In this document: positions 21,112-31,360 of the stretch, piece after piece | Layout: every line of letters starts with the position of its first letter | Numbering within the stretch: position 1 is the first letter of the stretch | Assembly: GCA_029261055.1 (NCBI GenBank) | Contig: JAJDCA010000044.1 | Location: 77,867-141,866, forward strand | Direction of reading: 5' to 3' | DNA from: Candidatus Omnitrophota bacterium | Lineage (GTDB): Bacteria > Omnitrophota > Gorgyraeia > Zapsychrales > Zapsychraceae | Length of the DNA: 64,000 nt | Program-made: the position numbers and the translations under genes | The notes under the pieces: model-generated | Database searches by the model: none | What the model was told of the DNA's origin: nothing | What the model saw: only the letters and a program-made list of their open reading frames with translations

Positions 21112-21948
21112 ATGACACAAAAAAACGAAAAATCATTTTTCCAAGTAATCGTACATTCCTTTTTTATCATCCCATTTTTCATCGCAATCTTTTGCATCTT
21201 ATTATTTTCTGGTGTGCATTTGATGACCAGGGAAGATAAAAATATCTATGATTATCTCGAGGACGTTAAAATAGGAAGTCTAAGCAAACGCTGGCAGGCG
21301 GCTTTTGAATTATCGAAACGATTAGATAATCCCAATGCCTTAGCAAAAGAAGACCGCTTTGCAAAAGAATTAATGACGGCCTTTAAACAGTCTGCCCACG
21401 ATGACAATCGTGTGCGTCAATATTTGGCCTTAGCCATGGGGCGATTAAAAAATGAAAAATTTGCTGACATCTTAACCCAAGCACTCGCCGAGGAAAAAGA
21501 AGAAAACCTTCCTGCACTTATTTACGCCCTCGGTATGTTGAAACAAAAACAGAGTGCGATGTATCTTCACACATATGCAGAGGAACATCCAAACGCCAGA
21601 GTGCGGTCTATCGCCGTTGCCGCCTTAGGAGAAATCGCTGATGAAAAATCGAAATTTATTTTGAAAAAAACCTTGAACGATAAAGAACCTAATGTACAAT
21701 GGGTTTCAGCTATTTCCCTCGCAGGAATGGGGGATGAGTCAGGCAAAAAAATTCTTTTGAAATTATTACATCGCGATTATTTTATAAATTTTTCAGAAGT
21801 GGATCAACAGGAACAAAAAGGGCTCATGCTAAAAACAATTGAAGTCGCGTCCCAATTGAATGACCCTGCACTAAAGACACAACTAAATCTCCTGGCCGAA
21901 ACAGATCAGGATATGGAAATTCGAAAAGCAGCAAAAAAGTTTTTGTAA
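21112..21948 (+). CDS. membrane-anchored HEAT-repeat protein
   Basis: One TM helix, then repeated VR...A..ALG units. Confidence 0.8.
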   Translation: MTQKNEKSFFQVIVHSFFIIPFFIAIFCILLFSGVHLMTREDKNIYDYLEDVKIGSLSKRWQAAFELSKRLDNPNALAKEDRFAKELMTAFKQSAHDDNRVRQYLALAMGRLKNEKFADILTQALAEEKEENLPALIYALGMLKQKQSAMYLHTYAEEHPNARVRSIAVAALGEIADEKSKFILKKTLNDKEPNVQWVSAISLAGMGDESGKKILLKLLHRDYFINFSEVDQQEQKGLMLKTIEVASQLNDPALKTQLNLLAETDQDMEIRKAAKKFL

Positions 21949-21958
21949 CTTTCGTATT

Positions 21959-22474
21959 ATGTCTACACCAAAACCTCAAACAGAACAATCTACAGAACGC
22001 CGAACTTTTATTAAATGGTTCGCCATAGGGTGGGCAGCATTTGCAGCTATTGTCGGCGGCTATGCAACACTCATCTTGCGCTATTTATTTCCCAATGTTT
22101 TATTTGAACCGAAACAGTCTTTTCGTGCAGGAGCGACCAATGAGTATGCCCTCGGTGAAGTTTCCGAACGTTTTAAAGATAAACATGGCGTTTGGATTGT
22201 CCGGGATCAAGAAAAAATTTACGCCTTAGCCACCGTGTGTACACATTTAGGATGCACGCCTAATTGGTTTCCGAATGAAAATAAATTTAAATGCCCTTGT
22301 CATGGTAGTGGATTTTACACAACCGGTGTTAACTTCGAAGGTCCAGCCCCTCGACCGTTGGAGCGCTACAAAATTGCCTTAAATGATGATGGGGAAATTA
22401 TTATTGATAAAACAAAAAAATTTCAACAAGAAAAGGGAGAATGGTCTGATCCGGATTCATTCTTATTAGTTTAG
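21959..22474 (+). CDS. petC: Rieske 2Fe-2S subunit of a Rieske/cyt b complex
   Basis: Tat-like RRTFIK plus TM helix; CTHLGC, CPCHGS and GPAPRPL. Confidence 0.93.
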   Translation: MSTPKPQTEQSTERRTFIKWFAIGWAAFAAIVGGYATLILRYLFPNVLFEPKQSFRAGATNEYALGEVSERFKDKHGVWIVRDQEKIYALATVCTHLGCTPNWFPNENKFKCPCHGSGFYTTGVNFEGPAPRPLERYKIALNDDGEIIIDKTKKFQQEKGEWSDPDSFLLV

Positions 22475-22479
22475 TCCTT

Positions 22480-23253
22480 ATGTTAGAAAAATTTAAACAA
22501 ACTCAATTCTACCGTGCCATTTTCCGAACCGGGGGCGCACCGATTGCAACACATAAACAACGCATCCTCGTTACGTTAAATAATGTTTTTTTACATCTTC
22601 ATCCAGTCCGCATTCCGAAACATGCCGTTAAAATAAAATACACATGGTGCATGGGTGGTTTGTCATTTTTTGTATTTCTCGTTCTGACGGTCACAGGTAT
22701 TCTTTTAATGTTTTATTACCGGCCAACCATTGAATATGCGTATGGTGACGTTATTGATATGAAGGAGCAAGTTCCATTGGGCTTGATGCGTGAAATTCAC
22801 CGTTGGAATGCTCACTTGATGGTTATTACGGTTTGGCTTCACATGTTTCGTGTTTTTATGACAGGTTCTTACAAACCACCACGTGAATTTAACTGGATGG
22901 TTGGTGTCGTATTACTTATTTTAACCATGCTTTTAAGTTTTACAGGATATCTTCTTCCATGGGATCAATTAGCTATTTGGGCTATTACGGTCGGATCCAA
23001 CATGGCGGGGGCGACACCCATGGTTGGGGCCGCAGGACCAGGATCCTCTTTATTAGCGATTGGCGATGTTAATTTTGTGCACTCAGCCAGTGATGCACGT
23101 TTTGTCATGCTGGGTGGCCGCTTTGTTGGGGAAGGGGCTTTATTACGATTTTACGTTTTACATTGTATTGCTTTGCCGTTTGTCATCATGATTTTTATGA
23201 TCGTCCATTTTTGGCGCATCCGTAAAGACGGCGGCATTTCAGGACCAACTTAA
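22480..23253 (+). CDS. petB: cytochrome b6-like N-terminal subunit
   Basis: [35 protein letters not shown]. Confidence 0.93.
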   Translation: MLEKFKQTQFYRAIFRTGGAPIATHKQRILVTLNNVFLHLHPVRIPKHAVKIKYTWCMGGLSFFVFLVLTVTGILLMFYYRPTIEYAYGDVIDMKEQVPLGLMREIHRWNAHLMVITVWLHMFRVFMTGSYKPPREFNWMVGVVLLILTMLLSFTGYLLPWDQLAIWAITVGSNMAGATPMVGAAGPGSSLLAIGDVNFVHSASDARFVMLGGRFVGEGALLRFYVLHCIALPFVIMIFMIVHFWRIRKDGGISGPT

Positions 23254-23256
23254 TCT

Positions 23257-24372
23257 ATGGAAAATTTTAAAGAAATAATTAATTTTATTGCGGCTCCGCA
23301 AATTATGTTTACGGCGCTTTTGGCGGTATTCTTTTTTATTTTTCCGCCCACCGATTGGTTGTATTCGATTAATCGAAAGTTAGGCCTACATAAATTGTGG
23401 ACCAAGGGTGGCGGAATATTTTTACTGGTAGTAACGTTAGGCTTTTTTATCTTTGGCCTGACTGATGAAAATTTTCGTTTGATTGTAACTAAAGCTGACA
23501 ATGTGCCTATTGTCGGACTTCTTTTCTTGGTCATATTTCTATTGTGGTTGTGTTTGTTCCAAGCCGAAAATAATGACAAGCGCATTGCCGAAGGTAAAGG
23601 GCCGATGGAAGCTGAAGATGCTAAAGAAAAGGTTCTTGTTTGGCCTGATTTAGTCTACATTGAACTCATTGCTTTGGTGATTGTAAGTGCCCTTACCTTA
23701 ATATGGGCCATATCCTTACCGGCACCGCTTGAAGGACCAGCTAATCCTACAGTTTCTCCAAATCCTTCAAAAGCGCCATGGTACTTTTTAGGATTACAAG
23801 AAATGCTCGTGTATTTTGATCCTTGGATTGCCGGGGTGTTATTCCCAACGGTCATCATCATCGGATTCATGGCTATTCCCTTTATTGACAACAATCCAAA
23901 AGGAAGTGGGTACTACACATTTAAAGAACGTAAAATGGCTATTTCCATTTTTCTCTTTTTGTGGCTCCTTTTGTGGCTTTTCCTCATCATGACAGGAACG
24001 TTCTTACGGGGTCCCAATTGGAATTTCTTTGGACCGTTTGAATATTGGGACATTCATAAAGTCGAAGTTTTGACCAACATCAATCTTTCTGAACTTGTGT
24101 ACATGATTTGGCAAAACAAGGCGCTTCCAGACAATATTTTCATTCGAGAAATGTACGGATTTGCAGCGTTGGGTATTTATTTTGGCCTTCTGCCGCTTAT
24201 TTTAGCCAAAACTGTATTTCGAAAAGTGTACGACAGTCTGGGCCCTTTCCGTTACAGTGTCTTTATTGTACTTCTTCTTTTAGCTGTGAGTTTACCGATT
24301 AAAATGTTTTTACGGTGGGGTTTTAACATTAAATACATTGTCGCCATACCGGAGTTCTTCCTTAATATCTAA
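23257..24372 (+). CDS. cytochrome b C-terminal (subunit IV-like) protein with extra TM helices
   Basis: ANPTVSPNPSKAPWYFLGLQE (PEWY-equivalent). Confidence 0.85.
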   Translation: MENFKEIINFIAAPQIMFTALLAVFFFIFPPTDWLYSINRKLGLHKLWTKGGGIFLLVVTLGFFIFGLTDENFRLIVTKADNVPIVGLLFLVIFLLWLCLFQAENNDKRIAEGKGPMEAEDAKEKVLVWPDLVYIELIALVIVSALTLIWAISLPAPLEGPANPTVSPNPSKAPWYFLGLQEMLVYFDPWIAGVLFPTVIIIGFMAIPFIDNNPKGSGYYTFKERKMAISIFLFLWLLLWLFLIMTGTFLRGPNWNFFGPFEYWDIHKVEVLTNINLSELVYMIWQNKALPDNIFIREMYGFAALGIYFGLLPLILAKTVFRKVYDSLGPFRYSVFIVLLLLAVSLPIKMFLRWGFNIKYIVAIPEFFLNI

Positions 24373-24383
24373 AATATCTGATC

Positions 24384-27317
24384 ATGTCTAAAAAACCTGA
24401 AAGCCATTACAATCTAGATAAACTTCACATGATTTTTGCCATTGCGGCATTGATTATGTTAGCTGCTTTTGGTGGCCTTTTTATGAAAGATTACGATCGA
24501 TCATGGAAGGATTACCAACGCGATTTCAATGGCTATGAAATGGAAAAGACCCGTGTCAAACATGATTCGGAATACAATGCTTTAAAAAATAACAAAGAAT
24601 ACACTACGCTTTTAAGTGAAATTGAAAAAGCTGAAAAAGAATTAAGCTCAAATTGTTCCGACATGGCGGATTTAGAAAATGAAATCGTCCAATTGAATAC
24701 TGAATACGACCTGATTAACCAAAAAGCTAAATTTACTAATGCCGAGGTTGATGCCGCCAAATATCAATTTGAAACAGCGGTTGGCCATCATCAAGGAGAT
24801 GCGGCTGCCACCAAAACGACCTTTTACAATTTAAAAAATAAGGGAGATGCGCTTAAAAATGATTTAGAAACCGCCAAAATTAAACTTGATGACAAAGTTG
24901 CCGCTAAAAAAAATTGTACCGCAAAACTGGATGATTTAAATCGTAAAAAGCGTAATTTATCTACCAAGGAAACTCTGCTTTTGCGCAAATTAAAAACAAT
25001 TGACCCCGAACAAATGTCCTTTATTACACGCATTGGAAACATCATTCGTGATCTTCCCGTCATTGATATGTCGAACCCAACGGTTAAGATAAAACAAGTT
25101 GTTCTCAAGGACATCACGGATGATCGTATTTTGACACAAGTTCCTAAGGTGGATCGATGTATGACGTGCCATTTGGGCATTGATGATCCAGGATACGCCA
25201 CCTTCCAACAACCCTTTAAGACCCATCCCAACCTTGAACTTTACTTGAGCAATGATTCGGAACATCCTGTAGAAGAATTTGGGTGTACCGTGTGTCATTC
25301 CGGTCGGGGAAGAGGTACGAGTTTTAATACGACCTCGCATGCCCCTTCATCTGAAAAACAAAAAGAAGAATGGGAAGAAAAATATGATTGGAAAGTGGAT
25401 CATCATTGGGAAGAACCCATGCTTCCAATTCAAAATGCGCAAGCCGGATGTTTTAAATGTCACAGTGAACAAACGCCTATTAAAGGTGCCGAAAAGTTAA
25501 ATTTAGGATTACAAATAATAGAGAAAGCTGGTTGTTACGGTTGCCATGACATCAAAAAATACAAAGACTGGCCAAAGGCTGGACCAGATCTTACAAAAAT
25601 TGCTTCAAAAACATCCAAAGAGTGGAGCTACAAGTGGATTCAAGATCCACATAAATTCCGCAAAAATACCTGGATGCCGGCATTTTTTAACCAATCCAAC
25701 AATAATGATGCTGCTTCTGTTAAACGCTCCCGTCAAGAAATTCATGCCATGGTGGAATATTTATTTAAAAATAGCGAAGCTTTTAAATTAAAAAATATTC
25801 CTTTTAAACGGGAACCTAAAAATGGAGAAAAGCTTGTTTCGTCTTTAGGGTGTTTAGCCTGCCATCAAATTGATCCGAAGGACACCCCAACCACACGGGA
25901 TTCTTTACGCCAACAGCATGGACCGAATCTGCTTGGATTAGGATCCAAGACATCAAAAGTCTGGCTTTTTCATTGGCTCAAGGATCCTAAACGGTACCAT
26001 CCTGAAACACGCATGCCTTCATTGAGACTTACGGATCAAGAAGCCGCCGACATTGCAGAATTCTTGGGTAATGACTCAAAAAAAGATTTTGACAAAACCC
26101 TCGTTCCTCCGGTAGACAAGACAGTGATCAATGAGATGACGTTTGATTTTCTCCACAAAATGGAACCAGCCCCGACCGCTAAAGCAAAATTAGCTAAGAT
26201 GTCGTTGAACGAAAAACTTGTGTACTCCGGCAAAAAATTAATCAGCCAATATGGATGTTACGCCTGTCATGACATCACAGGATTTGATGGGGCCAAGCCG
26301 ATTGGGACAGCGTTAACAGAAGAAGGCGAAAAGTCCCTGCATAAATTTGATTTCGGTTTTGTCCATATTGATCATTCAAAACATGCCTGGTTTGATCAAA
26401 AATTAAAAGACCCCCGTAGTTTTGATAAAGACAAAGTGAAAACAGCCCATGACAAATTAGTCATGCCTAATTTTGAACTGAGTGAAGAAGAACGTGAAGC
26501 GGTTGTAACGGCACTTTTAGGTTTTGTTTCGGAACGTACTGTTAAAAATAAAAAGAAAGCGCGTACACCTGAAAATTTAATGGTCGAAAAAGGACAAACC
26601 TTGGTGCGTCAGCTTAATTGTAAAGGCTGCCACATCATGGAAGATGAAGGTGGTTCTATTCAGCAAAGTATTATTGATTGGTTAGTCAAATACAAAGAAT
26701 ATGAACGGGGAGAAGCCCAAACCATTGTTACCAGCTTTGCACCACCGAATTTAATCGGCGAAGGCAAGAAGGTTCGACCACAATGGCTTTTTGATTTTCT
26801 CCATCATCCCACACCGATTCGCCCATGGTTAAACACACGTATGCCGACGTACACCTACACAGCCTCCCAACTGAACGGTTTACTTAAATATTTTACAGCC
26901 CTGGATGACGAAGAATTTCCGTTTACAGATAAAGTTGACACCCACATGTCGAAAGCAGAATTTGAAGCCGGCGAAAAATTATTTTCCAATGACTACTTTG
27001 GCTGTGCTAAATGCCACATTGTCGGTGACAAAATGCCAGGCGGATCCCCAGACAGCTGGGCGCCTAATTTTGCACTTTCAAAAGAACGTCTTAAACCGGA
27101 ATGGATTATTGAATGGATGATGAACCCAGCCGACCTTTTACCGGGAACCAAAATGCCGACCTATTTTGATCCAGACAACTTCGATGTCTCCGGACCCGAT
27201 GATTTACTTAATGGCGATGAACATGAACAAATACGTGTACTCCGAGACTATTTAATGAGTTTGTCAGAAAATCCCGAAACGTCACCCCAAAATGAATCAA
27301 CACCACCTACCGAATAA
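24384..27317 (+). CDS. membrane-anchored octaheme cytochrome c
   Basis: Eight CxxCH motifs (CMTCH, CTVCH, CFKCH, CYGCH, CLACH, CYACH, CKGCH, CAKCH); N-terminal TM and coiled coil. Confidence 0.92.
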   Translation: MSKKPESHYNLDKLHMIFAIAALIMLAAFGGLFMKDYDRSWKDYQRDFNGYEMEKTRVKHDSEYNALKNNKEYTTLLSEIEKAEKELSSNCSDMADLENEIVQLNTEYDLINQKAKFTNAEVDAAKYQFETAVGHHQGDAAATKTTFYNLKNKGDALKNDLETAKIKLDDKVAAKKNCTAKLDDLNRKKRNLSTKETLLLRKLKTIDPEQMSFITRIGNIIRDLPVIDMSNPTVKIKQVVLKDITDDRILTQVPKVDRCMTCHLGIDDPGYATFQQPFKTHPNLELYLSNDSEHPVEEFGCTVCHSGRGRGTSFNTTSHAPSSEKQKEEWEEKYDWKVDHHWEEPMLPIQNAQAGCFKCHSEQTPIKGAEKLNLGLQIIEKAGCYGCHDIKKYKDWPKAGPDLTKIASKTSKEWSYKWIQDPHKFRKNTWMPAFFNQSNNNDAASVKRSRQEIHAMVEYLFKNSEAFKLKNIPFKREPKNGEKLVSSLGCLACHQIDPKDTPTTRDSLRQQHGPNLLGLGSKTSKVWLFHWLKDPKRYHPETRMPSLRLTDQEAADIAEFLGNDSKKDFDKTLVPPVDKTVINEMTFDFLHKMEPAPTAKAKLAKMSLNEKLVYSGKKLISQYGCYACHDITGFDGAKPIGTALTEEGEKSLHKFDFGFVHIDHSKHAWFDQKLKDPRSFDKDKVKTAHDKLVMPNFELSEEEREAVVTALLGFVSERTVKNKKKARTPENLMVEKGQTLVRQLNCKGCHIMEDEGGSIQQSIIDWLVKYKEYERGEAQTIVTSFAPPNLIGEGKKVRPQWLFDFLHHPTPIRPWLNTRMPTYTYTASQLNGLLKYFTALDDEEFPFTDKVDTHMSKAEFEAGEKLFSNDYFGCAKCHIVGDKMPGGSPDSWAPNFALSKERLKPEWIIEWMMNPADLLPGTKMPTYFDPDNFDVSGPDDLLNGDEHEQIRVLRDYLMSLSENPETSPQNESTPPTE

Positions 27318-27400
27318 TTTCATAAACCTTTACATATTAAAAATCACGCAAGTCTAAATTACGGTTCCTTTATCGACAAAAAATATCATGAAAGACATGA

Positions 27401-27646
27401 AATCGCTTTTAAGCAAAGATTAACGCATTCGGTTCAGAGGAGATCTCCTTCTGGTCGATCTCCAATTCACCTCATGCGCCAATCTTTGCTTTGAGCGATT
27501 GCGACGCTTAATTTGAGACCTTCGGTCAACCCGTCTTAACGAGAGGTTTTGTTAAAGCCTGTAGGCGAATTGGACGCAGCTCCCCGCAGGGGAGACCGTC
27601 CTCTGAGCCGAAAGGTTTTAACAAAACATCCAATAGACGGGTTGAC
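27401..27646. repeat. two adjacent long stem-loops sharing an inverted core (REP/MITE- or ncRNA-like)
   Basis: AATCGCT..AGCAAAGATT / AATCTTTGCT..AGCGATT, and GTCAACCCGTCT..GTTTTGTTAAA / TTTAACAAAAC..AGACGGGTTGAC. Confidence 0.75.
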
Positions 27647-27721
27647 TAAAAGTGTACTTTAATTTGACTTCACCCTAAATTCATGACTGGTTTACCAAAT
27701 ATTTATTTTTTAAAAATTTTC

Positions 27722-27750
27722 TGTAACTTTTTGCCTTTGTGTGCGTTTAA
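27722..27750 (+). promoter_or_regulatory. putative ECF sigma promoter (autoregulation)
   Basis: TGTAAC-16 nt-CGTT about 40 nt upstream of the ECF sigma gene. Confidence 0.55.
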
Positions 27751-27788
27751 TCTAGTGAGCCAAGGAGAAACTTAAAGGACGTAGCAAT

Positions 27789-28367
27789 ATGGAACAAAAA
27801 GACGAAGACCTAATGCTGCAATACCAAGCCGGTGATGACAAAGGAGTCGCCATGATTTTTCATCGGTACAAAACCAGAATTCTTAACTTTTGCCTGAGGA
27901 TCCTAGGTAATCGGGCAGATGCAGAGGATGTCACCGGAGATGTCTTCTTGGCTTTATTTGACAAAAAGTATGCCTTTACGCCTAAGGCAAAATTTTCAAC
28001 TTGGCTTTTCACGATTGCGCGCAACCGCTGCATTAGCCGGATGCGTAAAAAGAAAAATTTGGTCAATTTGTGGTTTACTAATAGAGAAAGCGGCAAAGTT
28101 GACCAATGGGATATTCCAGATACACAAGCATCATCACAAGAGGCCTTAGTTAAAAGGGAAGCCGCTGTTGCCGTTAAACAGGCCATCAGCCATCTTCCCT
28201 TGGCCCAAAAAGAAGCACTCGTTCTTCGAGAGTATCAAAAGTTTAGTTACCAGGAGATCAGTAAAATTCTTAATTGCAGTTTAGAAAATGTCAAAGTGCT
28301 TATCTTTCGTGCAAGAGAACAATTACGCAATGATCTTGCATCCTTCATAAAGGAGGGAGAGAAATGA
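27789..28367 (+). CDS. ECF RNA polymerase sigma factor
   Basis: DAEDV, FSTWLFTIARN, SYQEISKIL...VKVLIFRAR. Confidence 0.95.
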   Translation: MEQKDEDLMLQYQAGDDKGVAMIFHRYKTRILNFCLRILGNRADAEDVTGDVFLALFDKKYAFTPKAKFSTWLFTIARNRCISRMRKKKNLVNLWFTNRESGKVDQWDIPDTQASSQEALVKREAAVAVKQAISHLPLAQKEALVLREYQKFSYQEISKILNCSLENVKVLIFRAREQLRNDLASFIKEGEK

Positions 28368-30559
28368 CAGATCATACTCAAATAAAACAATTAATCTCAG
28401 CGCAATTAGATTGCGCAACCACTTCGGAAGAGAATAAGCTCATTACTGAGCATTTAAATACATGTGCATCCTGCCGGCAATACGCCGCAGAGCTTAACAA
28501 CCTTTCAATCGTATTCAAACAATGGCCGGACGAAGATTTATCTCCGGACCTACAACACAAGCTCGGCAGGGCTCTTCCGCAAGAGAATTCTAAGGGAGGC
28601 CGACCCATGAAACCAAAAAGTAATTTATTTAAAACAACCGTAGGTGGCGGTGTTTTAGTCACCATTATTGTTGGGATATTTGTTTTACAAATGTATTCAC
28701 AGAGGGCAATAAAAGTAGAGTTAAGAGATGGTTCAGTAAGAGACCTCATTGCCAGTGGTGAATTAGCACAATATGAGCCTTATTATTTAAAATCAAATTA
28801 CGAAATTAAAGAAGAAATTGCAAATCAACCCAGCACTCCAAGGGTGGATAAAATTGCTAAGCTAGATCAAAAATACTCTGAGGTAGACATGTTTGCTGCA
28901 GGTAAATCAAGTACACCTAAGAAAATTATGCCACAAAGTAAAAAGAAAACTACGTATGCCAAACAGGAAAAACGCCAAAGGGTTCAAAAGGGCATGCAGG
29001 TCGCTGAATACGATGCGCAATTACTTCGCGGTGAGGATAGGATTGCTGGATTTAGGAGTGTAGATGGTGTACCGACGGACTCTTTCGTGGCCTCCATCAT
29101 GCCGTATCCGCAAGAAAATTTTAACACGGAACAGTACAGTCACATCTCCGAAAATCAATTCCTTGAGGTTACGGAAAATCCATTGTCCACATTCTCCATT
29201 GATGTAGACACAGCGAGCTACAGCAATGTTCGTCGCTTCCTTAATAGTGGACAAATGCCACCGGAGGATGCGGTACGGATTGAAGAAATGATTAATTACT
29301 TTACCTACGACTATCCGGAACCAGACGGGAAAGATCCTTTCTCCATCACAACCAACGCAGCGGTCTGTCCGTGGAATACCGAACATCAATTAGTCCGCAT
29401 TGGATTACAGGGTAAAACTTTACAGTCAGAGAGCGTTCCGCCAAGCAATTTAGTTTTTCTCATGGACGTCTCCGGCTCCATGAATTCGGCCAATAAATTA
29501 CCCCTTCTAAAAAATGCCTTCAAAATGATGGTCAATCAACTCAGTGGCAAAGAGCGTGTGGCTATTGTCGTGTACGCCGGGGCTGCTGGCATTGTCCTGG
29601 AATCCACGCCGGGAGACAATAAACATAAAATCTTGGCGGCCATTGACCAATTAAGTGCCGGAGGTTCTACCGCCGGTGGGGCAGGGATTCAGTTAGCTTA
29701 CACTATTGCCAAAACCAATTTCATCAAAGGCGGCAACAACCGTGTCATCCTGGCCACCGATGGTGATTTTAATGTGGGTATGAGCAGTGATGGTGAACTG
29801 GTTCGCCTGATTGAAGAAAAACGTCAAGATGGTATTTTTCTGACGGTGCTTGGTTTCGGCACAGGCAATTACAAAGATGCCAAAATGGAACAATTAGCAA
29901 ACAAGGGTAATGGCAATTTCTATTACATTGACAATCAAAAAGAAGCCAGGAAGGTGATGATCAGTGAATTAGGTTCGACCCTTTTTACCATTGCCAAGGA
30001 TGTTAAACTTCAAATTGAATTCAATCCAGCACAAATCAAAGCTTACCGTCTTGTGGGTTACGAAAACCGGATGCTCGCTAAAGAAGACTTTAACGATGAC
30101 ACCAAAGATGCCGGTGAGTTAGGGGCTGGACATTCTGTCACCGCCCTTTACGAAATTGTCCCGGCGGATTCTGAAGAAGAATTCAAAGTTATTGATGATC
30201 TTGTCTACCAAAAAAGAGAGAGGATCGCAAGCAATGACCTCATGACCGTCAAATTACGTTACAAAGAACCTGATGCTAATAAAAGTAAACTTCTGAAACA
30301 AACAATTACTCAATCAGACTTAACTGAAGCGCCAAAGGGTGACTTCCAATTCGCCTCTGCCGTAGCCGAATTTGGCCTCATTTTACGCAATTCCACATTC
30401 AAATCCAAGGCCACCTACGAACAGGCTCTTCAGAATGCTCAAGCTTCTAAAGGAAAAGACGCCTACGGCTACCGCCAAGAATTCATCAACCTCATCCAAA
30501 AAGCTCAAACACTGGATACCCGTCCAAACACACCTGGAATTATTTTTAAAGGGCAATAA
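28364..30559 (+). CDS. zinc-finger anti-sigma domain fused to a YfbK-like VWA protein
   Basis: HLNTCASC (HxxxCxxC), TM helix, STFSIDVDTASY, DVSGSM (MIDAS), LATDGDFNVG, GYENR. Confidence 0.9.
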   Translation: MTDHTQIKQLISAQLDCATTSEENKLITEHLNTCASCRQYAAELNNLSIVFKQWPDEDLSPDLQHKLGRALPQENSKGGRPMKPKSNLFKTTVGGGVLVTIIVGIFVLQMYSQRAIKVELRDGSVRDLIASGELAQYEPYYLKSNYEIKEEIANQPSTPRVDKIAKLDQKYSEVDMFAAGKSSTPKKIMPQSKKKTTYAKQEKRQRVQKGMQVAEYDAQLLRGEDRIAGFRSVDGVPTDSFVASIMPYPQENFNTEQYSHISENQFLEVTENPLSTFSIDVDTASYSNVRRFLNSGQMPPEDAVRIEEMINYFTYDYPEPDGKDPFSITTNAAVCPWNTEHQLVRIGLQGKTLQSESVPPSNLVFLMDVSGSMNSANKLPLLKNAFKMMVNQLSGKERVAIVVYAGAAGIVLESTPGDNKHKILAAIDQLSAGGSTAGGAGIQLAYTIAKTNFIKGGNNRVILATDGDFNVGMSSDGELVRLIEEKRQDGIFLTVLGFGTGNYKDAKMEQLANKGNGNFYYIDNQKEARKVMISELGSTLFTIAKDVKLQIEFNPAQIKAYRLVGYENRMLAKEDFNDDTKDAGELGAGHSVTALYEIVPADSEEEFKVIDDLVYQKRERIASNDLMTVKLRYKEPDANKSKLLKQTITQSDLTEAPKGDFQFASAVAEFGLILRNSTFKSKATYEQALQNAQASKGKDAYGYRQEFINLIQKAQTLDTRPNTPGIIFKGQ

Positions 30560-30615
30560 TTCAAATATCTGACGATTGAATTATTGTAACCTACTGAAAA
30601 TAAACAATAAAATAC

Positions 30616-30681
30616 GACTTATGAAATTGCCCCACGGGGCAATTTCATAAGTCAAAAGTACGTACGCACGTACGTACTTTT
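30616..30681. repeat. two abutting perfect hairpins (possible terminator/REP)
   Basis: GACTTATGAAATTGCCCC-AC-GGGGCAATTTCATAAGTC, then AAAAGTACGTACG-CA-CGTACGTACTTTT. Confidence 0.85.
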
Positions 30682-30683
30682 TC

Positions 30684-30717
30684 TATTCTTGACAAGTTGT
30701 CAAGAATATTCCATACT
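30684..30717 (+). promoter_or_regulatory. sigma70 promoter with palindromic operator; probably leaderless
   Basis: TTGACA(30689)-17 nt-CATACT(30712); palindrome TATTCTTGACAAGTTGTCAAGAATA; ATG only 5 nt after the -10. Confidence 0.7.
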
Positions 30718-30722
30718 TAAGT

Positions 30723-30962
30723 ATGAAAACATTCAACGTTGGAGAATTAAAAGCAAATTTTTCTCAAGTCCTTGAAGACGTAAAAAATGGAGAAAAAATT
30801 ACTATTTCTTTTGGTAAGAAAAAAGAAAAGGTTGCTGTTATTGTGCCCTACAAAAAATATGCCGTGCCCAAAAAACGAAAACTTGGTCTATTTGAACACA
30901 AGGTAAAATACAAAATTCACAAAGATTTTAAGATGACTGAAGAAGAGTTTCTTAACTCATGA
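30723..30962 (+). CDS. Phd/YefM-family antitoxin
   Basis: MKTFNVGELKANFSQVL...RKLG pattern. Confidence 0.85.
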   Translation: MKTFNVGELKANFSQVLEDVKNGEKITISFGKKKEKVAVIVPYKKYAVPKKRKLGLFEHKVKYKIHKDFKMTEEEFLNS

Positions 30963-31360
30963 AAATTTTACTGGATACGCACATCCTTTTGTGGGCCTTA
31001 TTTGATGCAAAAAAACTTAACAAAAATGAACAAATTATTTTAGAAGACAATGCTACTGAAATTTTTGTAAGTAGCATTAGTTTATGGGAAATTTCATTAA
31101 AGTATGCTTTAAAAAAACTTGATTTAGAACATGGCTCACCTGAAGACATCCCCAGCTTCGCACGCCAAACAGGTTTTGACATTATTCAAATGACTGAAAC
31201 TGAAGCCTCAACTCACTTCAAATTACCACCGTTATCTCACAAAGACCCATTTGACAGAATGCTCATATGGCAGGCTATTAACAGAGAGTTGTGTCTAATG
31301 ACGCATGACAAAGAATACAATGCCTACACAAAATGGGGATTAAAACTGCTCAACAAGTAA
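30959..31360 (+). CDS. PIN-domain VapC toxin
   Basis: LLDTH, SLWEI, HKDPFDRML, LMTHD. Confidence 0.92.
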   Translation: MKILLDTHILLWALFDAKKLNKNEQIILEDNATEIFVSSISLWEISLKYALKKLDLEHGSPEDIPSFARQTGFDIIQMTETEASTHFKLPPLSHKDPFDRMLIWQAINRELCLMTHDKEYNAYTKWGLKLLNK

